Origin: Selaginella moellendorffii | Taxonomy: Eukaryota > Plantae > Lycopodiophyta | DNA length: 64,000 bases | NCBI RefSeq assembly: GCF_000143415.4 | Contig: NW_003314302.1 | Coordinates: 1,339,752-1,403,751 of the forward strand | Direction: 5' to 3' | In this document: piece after piece, positions 52,095-63,134 of the stretch | Position numbering within the stretch: the first letter of the stretch is position 1 | Layout: each line of letters starts with the position of its first letter | Notes under the pieces: model-generated | What the model saw: only the letters and a program-made list of their open reading frames with translations | Told to the model about the DNA's origin: nothing | The model's database searches: none | Made by a program: the position numbers and the translations under genes

Positions 52095-52752
52095 GCATAT
52101 AATGGCGTGTGCCCTCATGCCATTTACTTGATCACCAAATACCTTTTTCCCTTTGCACTAGTATATCTTAATACCAGTTTGAGAAATAGAATGGCATGTG
52201 CCCTCAGGCCTTTTACTAAATCACCTTTGAAAGAAATGCAAGCCTCTATGTCGTAAAAAAAAGGTACTAGAGAAATTCCTTAATAATATGAATGTTATTT
52301 AGTTTCATGAAAATGCACTAAGGGTCAAATGAGTTAAATGACTTCTCCAGACTAGCAATGCCTCTTGCTACACCTTCACAATTAGATTCGTTAGAAAAAG
52401 ATAACATTGAATAATATCTAAATGTTCTCACCATTAAGTTATATGTCTGGCTAATAGGAATGACGTTCATCTTGGAAAGCTCACCACACGCTCAATGAAC
52501 AAACAAATAGTGTGTGCGCGCATGCCATCGCTCTTCTTTAGCTTCAGATTCGGCTTGTTCACCTTGACAATGAGATTTATTATACAACCAGATGGACTCA
52601 GTCTGGACACAAAGTCACCGCGCTAGTCACCATGCCCCAGATATGTCTAGCCCCTGGACAAAAAACATATAATTTCACGTCATTTTTAAATACTTGAAAA
52701 TTTGTATTTAGTCCCATTTTACTGAATAAATCCCACTTTAACAAAATAGAGC

Positions 52753-55700
52753 TTCAAGGGAGGAAGAGAAATCATGCTCCATGGCTACAAATCCCTCGGC
52801 AATGTGAATGCGGGTGATGTTGCGTTAATGAGTGAAGTGGTCTCATCCAATGGCCAAGGTTGCATCTCTACCTTATGTGGATGGGCCTTGTGCTCCACAA
52901 GCTTAGGAGCCACTGCTTCTACCTGAAAACTCATACGGATTTTGCTCCTATCGATAGAGTTGTATGGAATCTTTGAGCTAGGAAAAATTGGATTTAGCAC
53001 CTCTAGTTATGTGAGAATGTGTTGTAGAGTGTCCTCTGGTGTCCCTATAGTCTCAAAAAAGTTGCTCTTCAAAGGCATCACAAAAACCGTGTTCTCCTCC
53101 AAGTTGGGCATTTTTGGAATCCCAAGAATCTTGCTTGGATCTTTAGCCACCTAGAGCCAGAGTGAACGTGGTGATGCAAAGTGGATGGAGGAGAAGTCAA
53201 GGATAAAGTTCAGTCTATATACAAAAAATCAATCATATTGCATCTCAAAACTGAGACTCCATCGTCATGCTAACAATTGACGAAGAAGTAACAGATCATT
53301 GTGGAGAGGAGTTCGGTGGTGTTATTGTGACCTTAACCATGTCTTGGGATGCCAAAACCTGCCCCTTATCATTGAGAATTATCACCTAGCTATCTCCTCT
53401 CCCAATTTATAGTTGCTTGTGCTTGAAGTCAAAGACACAAGGTGTTGCATCTAACCATGGCTGCCCCAAGATGACGGACTTCTCCTGTGAGGAGGCTCCC
53501 AAAGCAATGTAATCCACAACAAGGAAGTTAGCTATGGACTCATGATGGTGGATGAGAATGCTGAAATTTCAGCAAATTCCCATAGGTGCTATAGTGATTT
53601 ACAAAGGTCTTTAGCATGACCTTGGAATAGTTTTGGACTTGGAGGCTTACTTGTTGAGAAAGAGTGGAGGAGAGAATGTTTGTGGCTGAGCAGAAGTCAG
53701 CAAGAGCCTCCACATTAATGCCCTGCAATTGCTGTTAAAACTATGAATGTGCCTAAATCAAGAACCACTGTGGCATTGACAATAAAAATGGAAGTCATGT
53801 CTGGGGCTGAAAAAGGCGCTCACTAGGATCTCAAACTGCTAAAGCAAAGCTAGAAATTGTAGACAAAGACCGGCAAGTGTTGTCATGATTAGAATTGTTA
53901 GGACCTGGTCTATAAGATTGCTTGAGTGACAGCTTGACATCAAAAGAGACTTTTCAGGCTACATGTTGGTGAAGTTTGGCATGCATGCAGACACTAGAAC
54001 TCCAGATATCAGCTTTGACACTGACACTACTGCAAATGTCTCTAGGAAGGGCAACTTGTAAGCAGTGAGAACTAGAGGGGAAACAAATGCTAAAACTAGT
54101 GTCAGTGTGGTATCCAACTCCTCTATTGCTATTTGTGCCTTTCTCTAAGCTCAAGTAGCCACCTTGGCTGTCAACTCCTCTGCCATATGAATTGTATTCA
54201 CCAAGAATTTGCTGCGATCATTCGTTAGTGGTGCTTAGATGGCATGGTGATGGAGCATCTCATGGTACTCCATGGAGGTGTCTAGGGCCATATTTTCTGT
54301 AAATGGTTTGTGCTAGATTCTCTACTCACATGGCATCTATCTCTGTAGGCGTAACTCTAAATGTAGCCACCAACAACGAGCTATGCTATGTGACTAAACC
54401 TTGCACTCCTCACACCAACAGAGTTGTCATCAAGGGTGGTCTTGTGCAGCCATCTTCAATTCTCAGAGCTCCTCCATGAACCTGCTCTACTGTTGTTGCT
54501 AAAGGATTGCTTTGTACTCCTTGAACTCCGCTGAGACAGATTTAACTACAACAAACATCTTTTCTATAACTTGCTATGATGTTGTGATGCAAGCAAAGGT
54601 ACAAGGACAAGCTGCTTAGGGTCCCTAGATGAGCTCCTTAATGAAGGAGATACCGAGATCATGGAACATCTGCAACTCAAGCTTCATAGCATGTATATAG
54701 GCGTCAAAGCATTGCTGGTGGTAGTGTTTGGTGACTTTCCTTTGGAGCCCAGGCTTGAGGCCTTGTACAAATGTTGACACTAAGATGGAATCCTCCTGTG
54801 TCACTCTCTTATCAAGGTAAATCTTCCAAAAAGCCTTGAATCACATCATATAGTTCAATATGGACTCATTTGCACCTTGTCAAAATTGGAATAAGTTTTG
54901 GATAAACTGTTGCAAGGGAACCTCCTAAGAGAATGTGCTTATAAACGTTTAGAGGAGAGTGTCAAAGTTTGCTTCTCCTCGGCCTCCAGCATAAGTACCC
55001 ACTATTGTGCATATCCATGCATCGATTAAGTGAATGCCTTGCATTTGGTCATATCATCTGTGATTTGATTGCTGACATAGTAAGAAAAGAATGTTGCAAA
55101 GTGATCCTCCACTAAAATGCCTATCCTTAGCTCGAAGAAAGAGAGCTTGAGACCGCACTATAACACATGCACCATTAGCATGAGTGGTGGAGGTGGTGGA
55201 TGTTGTTGTACCATCCTTGGTTGATTTACAACTATTGATTGGTACTCAAGATCTCTAGAAATGTCTTTTATCCTCTCTGAAAGTGGTCGATCTGAAACTT
55301 GAGGAAAAATCTTAGGCGAGGATACATAATGTGAATTTGCTAGCTTGGTATCTATAGCAGATGGTGAACCCTTTCTCTCTGACAAGGTAGTGTGATAATC
55401 TAGCTCTCATTAAACCCTAAAGAACCTTCTATAAACATGGGGAATTGAGAGAGAACCAAGAACTAGCCACTTTCTTATACTCCTTGTGCATACAAACATG
55501 AAATATGTAAGGTGCAACAAATGCTCAATCATGAGATAAGTCTGGAGGTAACCCCAAGTAGAGCAGAAATAAATTGCTTATGAGGGTAAAGTACTTGCCA
55601 CATGCTTTAGGACATATAACAAAATGCCTAAAAATGCCTTAACACTTGCTCTATACTCAAGAAGTTGTGGAAATGACCTCCTCTTGACCAAATGGTGCTA

Positions 55701-55830
55701 AAATAAAGGAGAAAAAAATGAATTGCAAGGGGTATTCACTCATAAACACTCTTTTGAGTTTTAAAACAAAGTTTATAACAAAAGACTTGCGGCAAAATCA
55801 AAGAAAGAATAAAATCCTTCCTCATTATAG
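52753..55830 (-). mobile_element. Decayed Ty3/gypsy (gag-protease-start of RT), truncated at the transposon TIR
   Basis: gag-like text at ~54700-55150 (DHFATFFSYYVSNQITDDMTKCKAF), protease-like ALADFCSATNILS (~53680), RT-start-like region ending abruptly at 52753. Strongly CpG-depleted. Confidence 0.55.
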
Positions 55831-56040
55831 CCACTAATTAATAAGAATCGAACCCGTGCCATTTACTCCGATACCACATGTAGCGCATCTTATCTCTCTC
55901 CCCTTAAGCCAACTGGAAAAGGGGCAATTATTTGATAAGAGAGCCCTTAGTGGCTATTTTATCCCCATTTATCCCCCAAGGTTCCAAGAATCCATAGTGA
56001 CAGTATATCCAAATCTCATCCCATGATCACATGCGCTACA
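55828..56040 (-). mobile_element. Truncated TRIM copy (LTR + PBS)
   Basis: 162-bp LTR 55879-56040 with 10-bp terminal inverted repeat tgtagcgcat/atgcgctaca, followed on the minus strand by PBS tggtatcggag. Same family as 56142-56894. Confidence 0.85.
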
Positions 56041-56141
56041 CTCATAACCCAAATATAAAAGCACCCTCAGTAGAAAATATATGTAAACTCATGATTTAGG
56101 ATATGAAAATTAATGAGAGTAGATGTAAATAAAGCTTAAAA

Positions 56142-56894
56142 TGTAGCACATGTGATCATGGGATGAGATTTGGATATACTGTCACCATGAATCCTTGGAA
56201 CCTTGGGGGATAAATAGGGATAAAATAGCCACTAAGGGCTCTCTCATCAAGCAATTGCCCCTTTTTCAGTTGGCTTAAGGGGAGAGAGATAAAGTGCATT
56301 ACATGTGGTATCGGAGCAAATGGCATAGGTTCAATTCCCATTTATTAGTGGCTACTTAAAAATATAATATACCCTTGAGTAAGGTATATTCCTACCCCTA
56401 AATTTGAAATCGTACGTATTGGGCATCCATGTGTACGTCCTTCCTTTTGGTGGAACATCCACAGACAAAGGTATCCACCGTGGGACTACGGTACGGGTGG
56501 ATGACTAATTGCCTCATATAGAATAGTTGGTCTACACAATGGAAGATGAAGGTATCCACCGTGGGACTACGGTACGGGTGGATGACTAATTGCCTCATAT
56601 AGAATAGCTAGTCTACACAATGGAAGGATTGGTAGATTTAGTGTGAAAATGGAGGTGTTGGTTCCCCTTGGCTCAGTAGAGGTTGTTAGTTAATAGTCAA
56701 TGAGGACATTAATATCTTTAAAGGGGGGGTGAATGTAGCATATATGATCATGGGATAAGATTTGGATATACTGCCACCATGGATCCTTGGAACTTTGGAG
56801 ATAAATGGGGATAAAATAGCCATTAAGGGCTTTCTCATCAAGCAATTGCCCTTTTTCCAGTTGGTTTAAAAGGAGAGAGATAAAATACACTACA
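56142..56894 (+). mobile_element. Complete TRIM (terminal-repeat retrotransposon in miniature), 753 bp
   Basis: LTRs 56142-56303 and 56734-56894 (TG..CA); iMet-type PBS tggtatcggagc (56306); PPT aagggggggtgaa (56721-56733); exact 5-bp TSD TAAAA; noncoding interior with an 81-bp tandem repeat (56468-56626). Confidence 0.93.
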
Positions 56895-57374
56895 TAAAAC
56901 TATGCAAAAGTGGTTTTAAGAAGTAACCTTCACAAAAAAACTTGAAAAAATTCACTTAATTCTCTCAATCATAGCAAATACTTACCTCAAGAAAGAAATA
57001 CAATAGATCTTGAAGTATATAGTTCCTAAAATCATGCTCTTGGATTTAAAAGAAAGTTTTCCACCTCCTCTATAGCTCTATATAGAAAAATATTGAAAAT
57101 TTCCTCCCAAAAAATGGTGAGAAGCTCAAAAACCTTTTCCCACACTCGAAATAAACAATTGTAAGAGAAAAACTATTCCAAATCCTCCTTAATTCAAAAT
57201 TCAAAAACTTAATTCAAATCTCATATGCAAACCCTTCAAAAATAGCTTGTGAGTAGATTTATCATAAGAGCCCAAAAAAAAAAAAAATGCAAGTGTATCT
57301 AGCTTTCTAAATTTATTGTTGTGTACACCATGAAAACTGAAAGTTACATGTGTTAATTCTGGCATTTTGGTTTA

Positions 57375-60155
57375 GAGGCCTTGGGTGGGAATGAGCATGG
57401 ACTCAAGTGGTACCAGGGACACCACCTAAGGAAGTGCTCAAGAGCAGCTCCCACTCATAAGATACTTATAACAAGTTGTTAGGCCACGATGTTTCCCCTA
57501 TGGTCTTGAAGTAAAAGATATAAAGGTCAAGATTTAGAGGGTTTTATAATCAACTCTTGTGGTATCAAGGGAGGTTAAAAACCTGAAGGCTTAGTGTGTT
57601 TGGCTGCTTGTGCTTACGAGGAATATAGCTAAACCTTAAGTCTAGTCTAACCCAGAAAGAGGGATTAGGAAAGAATTTGGGAATTCGTGGATGGATGGCT
57701 AACACTTCATTGCTCATGTAGTGAGTAGTTGAATTCAAATAAGACCAAGTATGAGTTGGTATAATATACAAAAGACTTGGTAAAGGAATTTAATTGAGGC
57801 TAAGGCATAAGCTGGCAAATTAAAAAGGAAAAATTTGTGGTTTACAATTTGGTATTAGAGCTTTTTTCAGTTCATTCAAAGGATATAAGCGGATTTCTGG
57901 GAGATGGCTAAGGCAAGGCACAAGTGAAATAAAGGAGAGACAAAACCTCTTGCATAGAGCTTTTGGTTGAACAACTATGGATGAAAAATCCTTGCATGAG
58001 GACAACTCCAATGAGGAAATTTCCAAATAGAAGTTTAATGCTAGATTTAGTTGTCCAAGGCACAATTAAATTCTTTAGAAGGACAATTAGCACTAACCAA
58101 TGCCCTATTAAAGACCCTTGTATGCAAGTTAAAGCATAACAAGAAGTGAAATAAAATGCAAAAGACTGCAAATATTAGCAATGTAAAAAGCATGAACCCT
58201 TTGGCAAGGACTGAGGCTAAACCAAACAAGGTCAATCAAATTGAAATAAAGTTAGTCCCCCAAGCAATTCCCAAGTACAAACCAAAGTCTTTAAAAGAGT
58301 GAATTACTATAAAGTGGTGGAGGATTAATTTTACAATAGTGAAGATTACTTTTAAGTATTGTAGTTACTAAGTTCGAAAAAGGTCCCATGTGTAAAACTA
58401 TACTTAGAAGATAATGTTAAATTTTGGTGAAGAACAATAGAAGCCAATAAAGGATTGGTAGCCACTTGAGAAGTGATGAAGACGAGGATCTATATAACTT
58501 ATGTTCTTCTAAATGTTATTTTGCACTTAAGGGATGAGTTGAGTAGGCTGAATAAGATAGGAACCATTCATGAGTATATGAATGCATTTATGGCCAAGAG
58601 GATCTTTATTATAGATATGAACAATTGTAAACCATAAATTTTTCCTTTCCAATTTGCTAATTTACTTCGTCTATCCAACCACCACTACTTTAGCTTTAGT
58701 TAATTTCCTTTGCTAAGATTCCTGCCTATTATATTAACTCTTATTTAGTCCTATTTGGTTTTAACTACTCACTACACAAGCAATATAGTGTTAACCATCT
58801 ATCCATAAATTCCTAAATTCTCTCTCAATCCCCCACCCTAGATTAAACTAGATTTAAAGTTTGGTTACACTCCCCACATGCATAAACACCCAAGCATATC
58901 AAGCCTCTAGATTTTTAACATCCCTTGGTACAATAATTCTTGATTATGAGATGAATTCTAAATCCCAATCCTTAGGTGAATTTCTTTCTTTGGGACCCTG
59001 GGGGGAAACACTATGGCCTAACAACTCAATATGAGTACCTTTACTCCCCCATTTCCATCACAAAGGGAAGGCCTAAGCCCTTGGGAAGAAGTGAGGACCA
59101 ATGCATTGCATGGTACTCAAATGGGGCACCACTCCACATGAGCTAGGAGCACTATAGTCGTTTTCCTTTTTGAGAGTGAGAGTTTCTTTTGAGCACTTTC
59201 TTAGGTGGCTTCTTTGGCACCACCCAAGTCTATGCTTACTCCCGCCCAAGGCCCCTAACCCTTAATTTCAATTTGGAAGCACCATTAGAGAGTTTCATTC
59301 CTTTAATCCTTTAAAATTAGTTCTTAAACCTTACCATCCCTACTATACTTTTAGAACCCTCTGCAGCCTCCCTCCGCCCCCCGCAGGGGATGATTGCTTT
59401 GGGCTTTCACACCATTATCTGTATTAGCCTATGTTAGTATTCAGACTTAGTCTCAGACTTGATCTTAGATTTAGTCTTAGACCCGATCTCAAATCTTCGA
59501 ACTCAATCTCAAACTCAGTCTCGGAGTTGGTCTTAGACTCGATCTTGGACTCTGTCTCATCTGATAAACTCTTTATTATTTTAGTCGTGGTTTCAAGGAT
59601 CCTTTAGCTTACAACACCTTGAGGAGTTGGTTCTTACAGCAATATAGATGTGTTCCATGCCTTCATATCTAAACTCAGGGTGAGGTGATGCATTAGAACC
59701 CAACCAATTACAAAGAAGCATTAGAAAAACCAATCTAACCCTACGAAGGGGATTGCAAAAAAAATTAGTAATTTATGGATGGATGGTTAACACTTTATTA
59801 CTTGTGCAATGAATAGTTGAAATCAAGTAAGACTAAGTAGGAGTTAGTACATTAGATGGAAATCTTAGCAAGAAAACTTAATTGAGGCCAAGGTAGAGAT
59901 GGTTAGATAGACAAGTTTAATTGGCAAATTAGAAAGGAAAAATTTATGGCTAACAATTTGGTATTTAAACTTTTTCTTCAATTCTTGCAAAGGATAGAGG
60001 CGGATTGTTAGGAGATGGATAAAGTAAAACGTAAGCAAACCAAGGCAAAGACAGAACCTCCTATAGAAATGGAGCTTCTGGTCAAACAAGAAGGTATGAA
60101 TGAGGAATCCTTGTATGAGGAGGACTTTAGTGAGGAAAATTCAAAATAGGAGTTT
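57375..60155 (+). mobile_element. Nested cluster of the third LTR family: partial LTR+PBS+gag, antisense solo LTR, second partial LTR+PBS
   Basis: LTR ends at ~57846 and ~59955, each followed by tttggtatt(ag/ta) PBS and the same gag start. Antisense LTR 58626-59638 has flanks acaat/gcaat and interrupts gag; 12-bp minisatellite at ~59440-59560. Confidence 0.75.
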
Positions 60156-60800
60156 AATGTTGAGGTTCAATTGATTTATATTGTTCTTGTGATTCAAGAT
60201 TATATATCATGTAAAAAGCTTGTGTATATGGGTTTATTGTTGTTAGCAACTTATCTAATTGTAATAATAAATTAGGATCAAATTTTGTGTTGAATGAATT
60301 TTTCTTTTTAATATTTATAGCCTCAAATGCATAAAGCATATATATTCATCCATATAATGGTGGCATATTGACAACAGAATATGCTGAAGCAGTATTATAA
60401 TAAATTTGACTATGTATTCTAAAGAAATATAGGCCTTTATCACTTAAATTATCAACATTAGCACCCATTAATGCAAAAGCCAAAGCATTGTTGAAATTTG
60501 TTATGTTAATTTTAAAGTTGGAGTTTTTATTTTCATTAAAAAGCATATGCAATATAGTAGGTAAGTTGCAGAAGGGAAACTTTTTCATTCTAGCAACACA
60601 TTGAGCTTGACCCATTTTCAAAATGTAATGCACCACAAAAAACATATATAGATGACATATTTCTAATATGAAACATATGTGTTGTATGGTCCTTATAATT
60701 TTTTTGATGTGCTAATTTATAAATAGTATAGCTATGATGATTACATGCATTTGTATTAGTTTTATTAACATTTTCAAGGTTTATATTTATATGAGCTTCA
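60156..60800 (-). mobile_element. Helitron RepHel N-terminal fragment
   Basis: VFCGALHFENGSSSMCC; FKINITNFNNALAFALMGA; GLYFFRIHSQIYY; PPLYG*IYM; LLLQLDKLLTTINPYTQAF, matching the conserved Helitron N-terminal region. Confidence 0.8.
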
Positions 60801-60819
60801 TTAGTGATTGGCACACCTT

Positions 60820-61368
60820 TTCCAGGTCGTGATGAGCACTTAAAAAGCCTCCCATGCTTTCCATTGTATCTTAACCACCACTGTAAAAGCATAAGTGAGC
60901 CCAGTATGCTGATCAAGAACTTGAGTTGATCACACTTGTCTCCTGGAACACTCTAAATGCAGAGAATAGGCAGGAAGATTAGGCTCTCGAGTTTTTGAAT
61001 AGGATAGAGAATGAAGGAGGCAACTGTGTAATAGATGATACAAGCTACACTACTGATTTCAAGGCTTGCTCAGGGCTGGCAGCTTGAGAAGAAGGCAAGG
61101 AGCTCAATGGGTAACTTGTCAAAGTTTTGGAGAATACAATGATGCTTGAGATGTGAGAGGTGAATGGGGTTTGCAAACTATAGCTTTGAGAACTTGGTAA
61201 GGATCCATTTCTTTAATAATTGGTATAATTCTGATCCTAGTTGCTTTAATGCTCTTTGGGTTAACATTGACTCCTTCCCCAATAGCTTGCCCAGGTACAT
61301 AATTTTGATCCTAGTTACTTTAATACTCTCTAGGTTAGTATTGACTCTTTGCCAATAGGCCACCCAGG
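60820..61368 (-). mobile_element. LINE reverse-transcriptase C-terminal remnant
   Basis: IKIMYLGKLLG...LLKKW..KFSKL resembles the L1-type RT domain-7 YLG motif and thumb; decayed. Confidence 0.4.
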
Positions 61369-61563
61369 TGTAAACAACTAAAGAGAACAATTTAAGAAAC
61401 AATTTACAAAAATTCAAATACAAAGGAAAAGGGCTCATGAATAAGAGTGCACCCTCTTTTCCAATCGGTTAAAGGTCTTGGGATATTTAGAGTTAAGTGT
61501 CTTTGGGTTTGAATAATACTGAGTTAGGTGACTTCTTACAAAGTCCAAATATAAAAGTTTACC
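61369..61563 (+). mobile_element. Solo LTR carrying a 5S rRNA internal-promoter segment (Cassandra-like)
   Basis: 61491-61546 aligns without gaps to the plant 5S rRNA box A-IE-box C region as I recall it (39/56 by hand count; mismatches mostly C>T/G>A). Confidence 0.7.
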
Positions 61564-61780
61564 TCAAATACATCATTCCCTTAGCCTCTTTTATTATTTC
61601 TCGTACCTCACTATCTCAAAATCCTATACCAAGTAAAGTATAGAAGCACATACTTAATGATTGTTGAGATGTTAGCTTTTGGAAGTTTGTTTCTCATCAC
61701 AAGTTTGTTCAAACTACTAGATGAGGAAGTTTATCATCATGTTTCTCATGCTAAAGATGCTCATTACTATTAATAATTAC

Positions 61781-62246
61781 CTTAAGTAACCTTAACCATT
61801 TGGAAAAGGGGGCACTTTTGTTCATGAGCTATTTCTCTTTATATTTGAATCTTTATAAATCATTTTTTGAGTTATTCTTTTTAGTTGTTTATAATTCACA
61901 ATACTTCCTTGCAAATTTATACCCTCATGAATTGAAGTTGAAAGTTATAATTTTCCTGAAAGCCTTGCTCTCTTGATACCTTACCCCTCAAGTCAACCCT
62001 AGCCAAACTAAACTAGACTATCAAATATTAATTTTAACATATGGTCTAGACCCCCTTTTAATACTAAATATAATCTTTTAAATTTAGATTTTTCTAGATG
62101 TTAGTATTACTCAAACCCAAGGACATTTAACCCCAAGTATCTCAAGACCCTTCACTATTTTGAAAAACATTTATTCATGGGTTTTTTCCCTTTATATCTA
62201 AACCTTTACAAATCATTTTTCATGTCATTTTCTTTAGTAATTTATA
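61781..62246 (-). mobile_element. Cassandra-like TRIM: LTR, PBS, ~175-bp interior, partial 3' LTR
   Basis: LTR 62069-62246, decayed PBS tttagtatta, interior homologous to 10120-10240, purine-rich tract, second LTR 61781-61893. Confidence 0.65.
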
Positions 62247-63134
62247 TTGAGTCTTTTCTTTATGCTCTTTCACACCTTTAGGGTAACTCAATTTTCCACC
62301 ATTCATGGGATTTATTTTGATATTCTATATTTCTTTATTAGAAAATTATTGTGCCCTTTTTTATCCCACTTATATTCCACCACCACCTCAAATTATTAGT
62401 AGTGAGCAAAAGTTTTGAGGTTGTTATCATTGTTGACTCAAAGTGCCAGTATTGAAGACTATATTATTTGGTCAATTTGTTTGGATGTTTTATTAATGAT
62501 TGTACTTGAGAGTTTGTTAGATAGAAGCCAACAAAGTGCCCCCACGCTTCCATCTCTAGGCAAGTGAATCAAAGGGACAAGTGATTGACTTATCAGTGAC
62601 TCAAGCCAACTCCTCAAATTGAGCCCCATTAGTGCCATCTCTCTACAAGAGCTTAGCTTGCATAGCAATTGGCTTGTATTGGCTGTTATGCAAGTTATCT
62701 CAGTGGATAGTTGAGGTCTGCTAGTGCCTTATTAGATGGTAGAAGAAATTAGAATATACTACAAAGTGTTTAAAATAGTTTATCAATTATTAATACAAGA
62801 TTAAGCTAAATGAATAACAATCATTGAATGGTAAAATATTGTAGAATATCCAAGTATATTCTAAGTTCATTCATTACCACTTCAGACACTCTACATGTTT
62901 TCTTAAGCAAATAAAAATTTAAATTAAATTTATTTTATTATTCGATGTAATCACAAAGATAATAACTTTATTAATATTTTATTGATATATTTGATCATAT
63001 ATTTATGTGTTTTTACTATTGCTAAATAACTTTGGAATTGTCATCCATTAAAATATAAAGCTTAGTCATTGATTTATAAAAAATTTATTATATAAAAAAG
63101 TTTTTATTTACAGATTTACTTTAAAATAAAAATA

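Larger units (their letters stand above)
40273..52212. repeat. Dispersed 22-bp palindrome ATGGCRTG-WGGCCW-CAYGCCAT (>20 copies)
   Basis: Copies (some degenerate) start at 40273, 41350, 41425, 42660, 42851, 42992, 44491, 45768, 45828, 45905, 47409, 48024, 48122, 48192, 49795, 49852, 51196, 51342, 51502, 51695, 52102, 52191. None noticed outside the TIRs. Confidence 0.92.
39889..52752. mobile_element. 12.9-kb TIR DNA transposon, Sola-like (DDD transposase), with divergent accessory gene
   Basis: TIRs gctctatttcgttaaagtggga (39889-39910) and tcccactttaacaaaatagagc (52731-52752), 21/22 identical as inverted repeats. Left flank AAAT fits the AWWT-type 4-bp target of Sola1, but the right flank (TTCA) does not match. 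Internal transposase and >20 copies of an element-specific palindrome. Confidence 0.8.

Noticed and set aside
40273-52212. 22-bp palindromes as a CRISPR-like array
   Set aside because: Spacing is irregular (tens of bp to >1 kb), copies lie in introns and exons, there are no cas genes, and the context is eukaryotic.
56306-56345. tRNA gene or SINE suggested by ggttcaattcc / ggttcgattc after the TRIM PBS
   Set aside because: No A box or cloverleaf; it is part of the TRIM leader.
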